From positions 1,088,001 to 1,152,000 of the forward strand of contig CAWETU010000001.1 of NCBI GenBank assembly GCA_963812135.1: a DNA stretch of 64,000 bases, written 5' to 3'. Position 1 is the first letter of the stretch, and every line of letters starts with the position of its first letter. The translations under genes and the position numbers were made by a program. The notes below the pieces were generated by a model, which was not told the origin of the DNA, made no database searches, and worked only from the letters and a program-made list of their open reading frames with translations. Of this stretch, positions 21,979 through 28,758 are shown piece by piece. Origin of the DNA: Vulcanimicrobiota bacterium. GTDB taxonomy: Bacteria > Vulcanimicrobiota > Vulcanimicrobiia > Eremiobacterales > Eremiobacteraceae.

Positions 21979-22539
21979 ATGATGATGAGACTAACGGTCA
22001 TCGTTTGGATAATGTTGCTCGCCGGGGTCTGCACGGCGACTGCCGTGGCTGCCACTCCTCCGGCCGTGGCTCCAAAGCCGATGCTTCAACTCAAAGCATC
22101 GCCGACGCCGACACCCACCCCGGCGTTGTACCAGGTCTTGAGATTCCAGATCATGACCGGCAGAGATGATCTGCGCGGCGACAGCGATTCATCGGCTGAC
22201 ATCTGGTACCAAGATGGCGCCAAAGATCATTGCACGCTCAAAGCGCAAAGCGACGGCGGCTGGCCCGTGGGCTCGATGCACACCGTCGATTGCCATCTGG
22301 TTAGAGCGCGGACCGTTGACCAGCTGCGCAAATCGTGGATCTGGGTCAATCTGCAATCACATTCGAGCTTCGGCGAGAGCCCGGACAATTGGAACGTCAA
22401 CGGAATGGAACTGCACGCCGTTCAGATCGGCGGCTCTGCCTCTCCCGGCTGCGTCTACCGCGCGTCAGGAAATCCGTTGTTCCGACTGACCGGCAGCGTT
22501 CCAAAAGTGAACATCATGACATTCTATCACTATTGCTGA
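21979..22539 (+). CDS. Hypothetical secreted protein (possible PLAT-like beta sandwich)
   Basis: GGAGG RBS, signal peptide, PT linker, TGRDDLRG and DNWNV motifs. Confidence 0.65.
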   Translation: MMMRLTVIVWIMLLAGVCTATAVAATPPAVAPKPMLQLKASPTPTPTPALYQVLRFQIMTGRDDLRGDSDSSADIWYQDGAKDHCTLKAQSDGGWPVGSMHTVDCHLVRARTVDQLRKSWIWVNLQSHSSFGESPDNWNVNGMELHAVQIGGSASPGCVYRASGNPLFRLTGSVPKVNIMTFYHYC

Positions 22540-22557
22540 CGCCGAAGGAGCAGACAG

Positions 22558-23088
22558 ATGAAGAGCCTTAGGCTGCTCGCCGCGTTTCTTGTTGTGATCG
22601 CCGCCGCCTCGGTGATCGGATGCACGTCGTCGTCGCGCAATGCTCCGAGCACCTCGCCGAGCGTGGCGCCGGGCGCGACCGCTGCGCCGGCGGCGGTCAT
22701 CAGCGCATGCGATCTTTTCACACCGGCGATCGCGAAACAGTTCCTCGGGCCAAACGCGAAGCAGACCATCAACGCGCAGCCGAATAAGTACATGACGCAT
22801 TGCCAATACACCAGCGACCGAGGTTTTATCAGCGTGATGGTTGGCAGCCGTTGGGACATGATCAGCGTCGGCCAGGAGAACGTTCCGGGAGAAAAGCCGA
22901 TGGCGGGCCTCGGCGACGAGGCCCACATCAACCCGACGAATCTGCGCGTTCGAAAAGGAACGGTCGGAATGAGCATTACCGCGACTGGACCGGCGGGCGA
23001 ATATCAGGGAGCGGCCGCCGACGCGCAACTCGCGCAAGGCGAAGCGTTGTCGGTCAAGGTCGCAAAGGCGCTCCTGCCGCGCCTCTGA
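22558..23088 (+). CDS. Hypothetical lipoprotein (DUF3558-like)
   Basis: AGGAG RBS; VIGC lipobox; SACDLFT, CQY, GLGDEA. Confidence 0.7.
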   Translation: MKSLRLLAAFLVVIAAASVIGCTSSSRNAPSTSPSVAPGATAAPAAVISACDLFTPAIAKQFLGPNAKQTINAQPNKYMTHCQYTSDRGFISVMVGSRWDMISVGQENVPGEKPMAGLGDEAHINPTNLRVRKGTVGMSITATGPAGEYQGAAADAQLAQGEALSVKVAKALLPRL

Positions 23089-23092
23089 CGTC

Positions 23093-23497
23093 CTAGCCGG
23101 CTGAGGGTAACGCGCGCACGTCGGGTTCGACCCAGCGTGCGCGTGCGCGTTCGGAAAAGAGAACGCTTGCCGAGTAGAAGCGCAGCGGCAGATCTTTGTC
23201 CAGCAATCGAGCGTCAAGTTTGAGGAGCTCGTCGAACGTCGCCTCCACGTGACGGGTGGCGTGCGCTGCGACGAGCTTGACCCACAGGACGGTCAGCGTG
23301 TGGTGGAACTTCGACGCGTGGCCGTGCAGCGACGCAAAGTGCTGTATCGTCTCGAGCATCGCTCGCTCGGCGTCCGTCACGCCGCGTTGCCGCACGTAAA
23401 GCCACGCCGCCCTGAGATGATCGCGATGATGGAATGCGTGGTTCGGGATCGCACCCGTCTCGAGGGCATGCAAGAAACCGTCGTCGGAGTGGTCCAC
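23093..23497 (-). CDS. Conserved-looking hypothetical protein
   Basis: GAGG before GTG; FHHRDHLRAAW, FHHTLT, WVEPD motifs. Confidence 0.7.
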   Translation of the reverse strand: MDHSDDGFLHALETGAIPNHAFHHRDHLRAAWLYVRQRGVTDAERAMLETIQHFASLHGHASKFHHTLTVLWVKLVAAHATRHVEATFDELLKLDARLLDKDLPLRFYSASVLFSERARARWVEPDVRALPSAG

Positions 23498-23499
23498 GT

Positions 23500-23916
23500 T
23501 CAACCTCGCTTGGCTTGCCTTTTCGCGAAATGCCTGGCCATCGGTTTCCAATAGCTCGTATGCCAGCCGCTCCTGAATCCCTTGGCCAGCGATGCGGTCG
23601 GGATACCGGCGTGGATCATCGTCAGCTCAGTTCCCTTGCCTTTCGGCTTAAGGCGGATATCGAGGATCGATTCCGGGCGGCCTTTCGGCCACGTTTGGGA
23701 TTTCCACGTCTGGACGATGCGTTTTCCGGGCACCAACAGCAACATCACTCCCGATACATAGCCATTCCACGCGCTCATCTTGCCGCCACGCTTTTTCACG
23801 AGCTTCGCCTTGGCACCGGTGAACGCGGCGTGCTTTTTCGCATCGGCGTAGGCGCCATACACGACGCGCGGCGGAGCATCGAAGGTCACGGTCTGCTCGA
23901 TGGTCTTCGTTTTCAC
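23500..23916 (-). CDS. SRPBCC/AHSA1 domain protein
   Basis: GGAG before GTG; IEQTVTFDAPP, PGKRIVQTW, GTELTMIH, GWHTSYW. Confidence 0.85.
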   Translation of the reverse strand: MKTKTIEQTVTFDAPPRVVYGAYADAKKHAAFTGAKAKLVKKRGGKMSAWNGYVSGVMLLLVPGKRIVQTWKSQTWPKGRPESILDIRLKPKGKGTELTMIHAGIPTASLAKGFRSGWHTSYWKPMARHFAKRQAKRG

Positions 23917-23926
23917 GACGGTCTCC

Positions 23927-24325
23927 TCAGGCGAGAAAATGATATGCGATGAGCAACGCGAGTAAACTCCAGTTAACCACGTGACCGGTCCAACAGAACA
24001 GGCACGGCATGCGGGTGATGAAGAGCAAGCTGTACGCGAGGAATACGGAGAACGCAGCGGCGGCGATCGCCGCGGCCAGGGCGATGTCGTATACGAGGGG
24101 GGTGGCCAGCAGCCACGCCGCGATGCCGAGCAGCACGTAGTACGAGATGCCGAACGCGGAGTTCGGGATCCCAGCAACGGCGCGCGCTTGCGGGCGCGTG
24201 ACCACGCTCGGCTCGTCGAGTTCGCCGCGCGCGAAGCGATTGGCTTTGCTTTGCATGAACGACGCCGCATATAAACCGATGAGACATAGCACGTCGATGC
24301 TCAGCGGGAAGAGGAGCCGAGTCAC
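23927..24325 (-). CDS. Vitamin K epoxide reductase (VKOR) family protein
   Basis: Four TM segments, GIPNSAFG, CLFC redox motif. Confidence 0.85.
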   Translation of the reverse strand: MTRLLFPLSIDVLCLIGLYAASFMQSKANRFARGELDEPSVVTRPQARAVAGIPNSAFGISYYVLLGIAAWLLATPLVYDIALAAAIAAAAFSVFLAYSLLFITRMPCLFCWTGHVVNWSLLALLIAYHFLA

Positions 24326-25158
24326 ACGCCGACGTTGAAATCGCGCAGCGCGGCGTTGAGCGACGTTTTTTTGTCGGTCGATTCAGAACGCTCGCCGATG
24401 ATCAGCGCGCAGGGCGTGCCGAACAATCCACCCGGAAAGGTCTTGGATTGCATGCCGGGGATCACGACGGCTCGCTCGGGTACTTCGCCCTTGTACACTT
24501 TCGCCGGCTGTTGCATGACATCGATGATCGGCGTCGAGGCGGTGAGCACCGTGCCCGCGCCCAAGACCGCTTCCTTGCCGACGTACACGCCTTCGACCAC
24601 CACGCAGCGCGATCCGATGAAAGCGCCATCGTCGATGATCACCGGCCGCGCGCTCGGCGGTTCCAGCACGCCACCGATGCCGACGCCGCCCGACAAGTGC
24701 ACGTTCGTGCCGATCTGCGCGCAGCTACCGACGGTCGCCCACGTGTCGACCATCGTCCCTTCGCCCACATATGCGCCGATGTTGATAAACGACGGCATCA
24801 ACACGGTGTTTGCCGCGAGATACGCGCCGAAACGCACGGCTGCAGGCGGCACGATGCGGATGCTCGTGCGGTTCTCCCACATCGATTTGAGCGGGATCTT
24901 GTCGTAGAAGCGCATCGGCCCGGCTTCGCTCGGCTCGGCGTTGTGAGCCGCGAAATACAATTCGATGGCCTGCTTGACCCAGTCGTTGACCACCCATCCG
25001 TTGTCGGTGGGTTCGGCCGCGCGCAACCAGCCGTTGTCGAGCGCACCGACGGTTCTTTCGACGGCTTTACGCACCGGCGCCGTCGAGAGCAGCGCGCGAT
25101 CTTCGTACGCCGCATGAATAGTCGCCGCGAGTTGTTCGCGATCGAGATTGACTGCCAT
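24322..25158 (-). CDS. dapD: Tetrahydrodipicolinate N-succinyltransferase
   Basis: DKIPLK, MVDTWATVGSCAQIG, GGVLEP, KTSLNAALR. Confidence 0.96.
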   Translation of the reverse strand: MAVNLDREQLAATIHAAYEDRALLSTAPVRKAVERTVGALDNGWLRAAEPTDNGWVVNDWVKQAIELYFAAHNAEPSEAGPMRFYDKIPLKSMWENRTSIRIVPPAAVRFGAYLAANTVLMPSFINIGAYVGEGTMVDTWATVGSCAQIGTNVHLSGGVGIGGVLEPPSARPVIIDDGAFIGSRCVVVEGVYVGKEAVLGAGTVLTASTPIIDVMQQPAKVYKGEVPERAVVIPGMQSKTFPGGLFGTPCALIIGERSESTDKKTSLNAALRDFNVGV

Positions 25159-25207
25159 CGGATGAGAGGTTAGCGGCACACGCCCCCGGGGCCTCGTCCC
25201 GCGCTCG

Positions 25208-25237
25208 TTGACACCCCTCGCGAACGCATAGTATAAT
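25208..25237 (+). promoter_or_regulatory. Consensus sigma70 promoter of the tRNA operon
   Basis: TTGACA, 18-nt spacer, TATAAT; 16 nt before tRNA-Gln. Confidence 0.9.
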
Positions 25238-25253
25238 TTGTATTCGCGTTCGT

Positions 25254-25329
25254 TCCCGGGTGGTGTAACTGGTAACACGCCTGACTCTGAATCAGGAGAC
25301 TCGAGGTTCGAAACCTTGCCCGGGAGCCA
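25254..25329 (+). tRNA. tRNA-Gln(CTG)
   Basis: 76-nt cloverleaf: TCCCGGG/CCCGGGA acceptor, CCTGA-CTCTGAA-TCAGG anticodon arm, TTCGAAA T-loop, encoded CCA. Confidence 0.97.
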
Positions 25330-25371
25330 TCCTCCTCAGAACGCGTGGGTCGATTATTGTCGACCGCTCAT

Positions 25372-25447
25372 GGCCCCATCGTCTAGAGGCCTAGGACGCC
25401 GCCCTCTCAAGGCGGAGACAGGGATTCGAATTCCCTTGGGGCTACCA
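25372..25447 (+). tRNA. tRNA-Glu(CTC)
   Basis: 76-nt cloverleaf: GGCCCCA/TGGGGCT acceptor, CCGCC-CTCTCAA-GGCGG anticodon arm, encoded CCA. Confidence 0.97.
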
Positions 25448-25481
25448 CTTGCAGATAACGAATCGAATGGCGAAATAGAAC

Positions 25482-25781
25482 ATGCGCACTTTCGATTTAT
25501 TCCTCGCGGCTGTGCTTACCCTGGTCGTCGTCCTCACCGCGGTGAACTATTTCTATTATCAGCATGAGATAGAGATGATCAATCGGGCGATCATAGCACT
25601 CGATCCCACCCATCCGCCGACTCCAGCAGACGAGGCAATGCTCGAGAAGATGGTTCGGGAGCATAGGAATGTACCGGGCGAGTATCGTTGGCTCTTTGGG
25701 CGTGAGGCAATTATCGTTTTCCTGGCGCTTGGGGCTATCGCCCCTCGGGTCCGCCTGAAGCAGCGCACGGCTACTACCTAA
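25482..25781 (+). CDS. Hypothetical 2-TM protein (array unit 1)
   Basis: 99-aa ORF filling the space between tRNA-Glu and its first 3' repeat; AT-richer than flanks. Confidence 0.65.
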   Translation: MRTFDLFLAAVLTLVVVLTAVNYFYYQHEIEMINRAIIALDPTHPPTPADEAMLEKMVREHRNVPGEYRWLFGREAIIVFLALGAIAPRVRLKQRTATT

Positions 25782-25846
25782 ACTCTAGACATCTTATATA
25801 GAAGGGGTGGGACTCTTCGGAAAACGTCCCACCATGGGGCCGCCGA

Positions 25847-25893
25847 GCCCTCTCAAGGCGGAGACAGGGATTCGAATTTCCTTGGGGCTACCA
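25847..25893 (+). repeat. Direct repeat of the tRNA-Glu 3' half (att-like site 1)
   Basis: 46/47 identical to 25401-25447, ending in CCA. Confidence 0.95.
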
Positions 25894-25899
25894 ATCCGA

Positions 25900-26250
25900 A
25901 TGCCTGCTTCTCAGATTGCAGCGGTCAAGTGGACTCTGCGAGTCCTCGTTGCGGTTGCCGCGCCTATTTTAGCGTACTTCCTAACGTGGTATGTTGCAGG
26001 CTTTACGATCAGTCCGAATATGGCGCCTCCCGGTCAACCCGAGTTCAGGGAGGGCACACCCGCCACTATCTTTGTATACGCCACCCTCTTCCCGTTTACG
26101 TTGGTTGCCTTTCTCGTCTTTGGGCTTCAGGTGGTGAGCCGGAAACCGTGGACTCCGCAATCAATCTTGTTGAGCATTTTTCTCCCGTTCTGCGCGGTCG
26201 GATTTTTCTGGCTTTTCTTATACCTCGCGTACCACGCAAGAATGTTCTAG
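25900..26250 (+). CDS. Hypothetical 3-TM protein (array unit 2)
   Basis: ATG 6 nt after the repeat CCA; three hydrophobic helices. Confidence 0.65.
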   Translation: MPASQIAAVKWTLRVLVAVAAPILAYFLTWYVAGFTISPNMAPPGQPEFREGTPATIFVYATLFPFTLVAFLVFGLQVVSRKPWTPQSILLSIFLPFCAVGFFWLFLYLAYHARMF

Positions 26251-26321
26251 GTCCAAACCCCACCCAATAGGTAGAGTGGGGACAGGCTCTAAACCTTATG
26301 ATACGGAGCCCGCTTGGCACT

Positions 26322-26366
26322 TCTCAAGGCGGAGAACGGGGATTTCAATTCCCCTGGGGGCTACCA
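26322..26366 (+). repeat. Diverged direct repeat of a tRNA-Glu 3' half (att-like site 2)
   Basis: TCTCAAGGCGGAGA...GGGGCTACCA matches 25405-25447 with 4 substitutions and 2 single-base insertions. Confidence 0.88.
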
Positions 26367-26417
26367 ACTGCCAATTCCCGCCAGGGTTTTGGCTCTTTCT
26401 ATAGCGTAGATTTTCAA

Positions 26418-26942
26418 ATGGACAAAGCGAGTCGTTTAGAAGAACGCCGCAAACTGTTTGAGGAACACGGTCACCTTTCGTACTTGGCAGAAGTGCAAAA
26501 ACGCGAGGGCGGGTTCGGCGTGGTGGTGCGTGCGGTCTCGCAGGTTGAAGAATTACTCGACGTTGCTCTTAAGAAGCACGAGAAGTGGAGCGTTGTCAAA
26601 GACCTTGCCGAGGACGTAGATAGCAAGATTCGTTTGGCGCGGGCGTTGGACATAATTGACTCTGACATGTACGCAGTCATGCAAGCACTGAGGCGTCTTC
26701 GCAATGAAGTTTCACACGAATGGAATGCCGTCGTTGACGAAAAACGAGTAAACGAATTAATGAACGCTATTCCATCCCACGTAAGAGACAGCACTAAACA
26801 ATTAGTGGGAGTCCTCCAGCGGCTTCCTCTTAGTGAGGAGGATAAAAGGGAACTTTGGTTAGTCGAATTGATGATTGTTGTGGCGACGGCGGTCATGACC
26901 GTAAACGGGAAATGGCTCCCGCTGGGGCCTGCGGTCACTTAA
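26418..26942 (+). CDS. HEPN/MtlR-like domain protein (array unit 3)
   Basis: VEELL...SKIRLARALDIIDSDMY...LRRLRNEVSH, an R-x4-H motif in MtlR/HEPN-like context. Confidence 0.65.
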   Translation: MDKASRLEERRKLFEEHGHLSYLAEVQKREGGFGVVVRAVSQVEELLDVALKKHEKWSVVKDLAEDVDSKIRLARALDIIDSDMYAVMQALRRLRNEVSHEWNAVVDEKRVNELMNAIPSHVRDSTKQLVGVLQRLPLSEEDKRELWLVELMIVVATAVMTVNGKWLPLGPAVT

Positions 26943-26997
26943 AGATTGCAGAAGATGAAGCGAGAGGTGCCTGCTTGTACGTCGCCTCAGAATTGAG

Positions 26998-27213
26998 CTA
27001 GTAGCCTTCCGGCTCGTCTCCCTCTGGGTCGAGGTCGGCTTCGAGTGCATCGGGATTGTTCGCGTTCGGGTTCGCCGTTCGGCTCGAGGGCGAGCCCTGG
27101 CTTGGATTGACCCTGTCATACACGACGGACGCGGCGCTGCTCAGGACTCGAGCCGCACCCCAAGCCAACGCGATGATGATCGCGAAGAAGAGGAGACCCA
27201 TAAGTAGGCCCAT
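26998..27213 (-). CDS. Small hypothetical membrane protein
   Basis: One N-terminal TM and acidic tail; abuts the DUF1801 gene. Confidence 0.5.
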   Translation of the reverse strand: MGLLMGLLFFAIIIALAWGAARVLSSAASVVYDRVNPSQGSPSSRTANPNANNPDALEADLDPEGDEPEGY

Positions 27214-27214
27214 T

Positions 27215-27589
27215 TCATTTACGCGTGCGTTTTTCGTTCTGCGCGACGCGCGCCTTCACTAGCTTCTTCACAAGAGTGGCAGATAAGGGCTTGTCCACGG
27301 GAAAGCGGATCGTGCCCTTCGATGAGTCGAGGTTCTTGAGATCCTTCTTGAACTTTCTCATGACGGCCATGCTCATCGGGAAGAAACTGCAATGGTGCGT
27401 AAACGCGGCGAATGCCACCAGCCCCCCTTTGTATCGAAAGGTTGGGATCTGATAGCTGATAGTCTCCGTTGCTTCCTTTGGCGCGGCGGACCTGATCGCC
27501 ACACGAATCTTCTTTAGAGTGCCGCGGGCCGGTTCCGGAACCCCCGCGATGTACTGGTCGACTCCGGATTTCGTATTTTTCTTGCGCAT
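27215..27589 (-). CDS. DUF1801/YdhG-like protein
   Basis: VDQYIA, ETISYQIPTF, SKGTIRF, LVKARVAQN. Confidence 0.88.
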   Translation of the reverse strand: MRKKNTKSGVDQYIAGVPEPARGTLKKIRVAIRSAAPKEATETISYQIPTFRYKGGLVAFAAFTHHCSFFPMSMAVMRKFKKDLKNLDSSKGTIRFPVDKPLSATLVKKLVKARVAQNEKRTRK

Positions 27590-27711
27590 GACGCGGAGCG
27601 TTCCGCTCAACCCGAACAACCCCTTGGCGGCGGAGCCTGTCGGCGTAAAGCAGTATACGTTCGGGGCAAAGGCAAACTAGACAGGGTCTTACTCCATAAC
27701 TGAGGAGTTCT

Positions 27712-28758
27712 TTGCAAGCAGTCATACTCGTCGGCGGTGAGGGGACGCGGCTTCGGCCGCTGACCTACGCCTTGCCCAAACCCATGGCGCCGCTGCTCGG
27801 CCGGCCCTTCATCGGCTGGATCATCGAGCGCCTGCGCGTCGCCGGCGTGGACGACGTGATCCTGTCATGTTGCTACCTGCCCGAGGCGATCGAGTCGCAT
27901 TTCGGCGATGGCCGCTCGCATGGCGTTCGCTTGCATTACGTCCACGAAGAGCAGCCGCTCGGCACCGCCGGCGCCATCAAGAACGCGGTCGACCACATCG
28001 ATGGAACGATCTTCGTTTGCAACGGCGATATCCTCACGGGCGTCGACCTGCGCGCGTTGCTGACGGCGCACCGCAAGAACAACGCAGTGGCGACGATCCA
28101 CACGCGCCCGGTCGACGATCCAAGCCAGTTCGGCGTCGTCGAGACGGACGCGGATGGCAACGTGCGCCGTTTTGTCGAAAAGCCCAAGCCCGGCGAGACG
28201 TCCGCGCGCGACATCAACGCGGGGACATATGTGCTCGAGCCCGAGGCGATCGAAGCGATTCCGGCAGGACGGCCCGTCTCGATCGAACGCGAGACCTATC
28301 CGCTGCTCATCGACTCGACGCACCGCGTGTTCGCGGTCTCGACCAACGATTATTGGATCGACGTGGGGCGTCCGGACACGTACCGCCAAGCGCACCGAGA
28401 CATCCTCGACGGCCGCTACGCGCATCCGGTCGGCGTGGAACTCGCGCCCGGCATTTGGTCCGCTGACGGCGCGCCACTGCCGCGCGATGTCAGCGCGCGC
28501 GCTCCGCTGTATATCGGGGCGGGCGCCACCATCGGCGCGGGCGTGACGCTCGAACCGTATTCGGTGATCTACGACGGCGGCGCGATCGGCGACGGCGCAA
28601 CCATCGGCGACGCGATCCTGTGGCCGGGTTGCAGTGTCGGCGAACACGGCACCGTGCGCGGCGCGATTCTCGGACTGGACGTCGCAGTGGAACCGAAGGC
28701 TGCCGTGCCGGCGGGCTCGGTGCTCGGCCGCGGTGAGCGGGTGACCGCCGCCCGCTGA
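27712..28758 (+). CDS. Sugar-phosphate nucleotidyltransferase (mannose-1-P guanylyltransferase-like)
   Basis: ILVGGEGTRLRPLT, PLGTAGA, NGD, YWIDVG and LbH tail. Confidence 0.92.
   Translation: MQAVILVGGEGTRLRPLTYALPKPMAPLLGRPFIGWIIERLRVAGVDDVILSCCYLPEAIESHFGDGRSHGVRLHYVHEEQPLGTAGAIKNAVDHIDGTIFVCNGDILTGVDLRALLTAHRKNNAVATIHTRPVDDPSQFGVVETDADGNVRRFVEKPKPGETSARDINAGTYVLEPEAIEAIPAGRPVSIERETYPLLIDSTHRVFAVSTNDYWIDVGRPDTYRQAHRDILDGRYAHPVGVELAPGIWSADGAPLPRDVSARAPLYIGAGATIGAGVTLEPYSVIYDGGAIGDGATIGDAILWPGCSVGEHGTVRGAILGLDVAVEPKAAVPAGSVLGRGERVTAAR

Noticed and set aside
25847..25893. Additional functional or split tRNA genes
   Set aside because: The fragments lack the 5' acceptor strand and D-arm, and I found no separate 5' halves in the window.
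25401..26366. CRISPR array interpretation of the three repeats
   Set aside because: The repeats are tRNA-derived, the spacers are about 400 bp and coding, and no cas genes are present.
26298..26417. N-terminal extension of ORF 26298..26942, and ORF 25238..25567
   Set aside because: These translate tRNA or tRNA-fragment sequence; the likely start of the HEPN-like gene is ATG 26418.
27660..27700. GGCAAA repeats as a c-di-GMP-I riboswitch
   Set aside because: The GNRA-capped stem and second conserved stem are missing.
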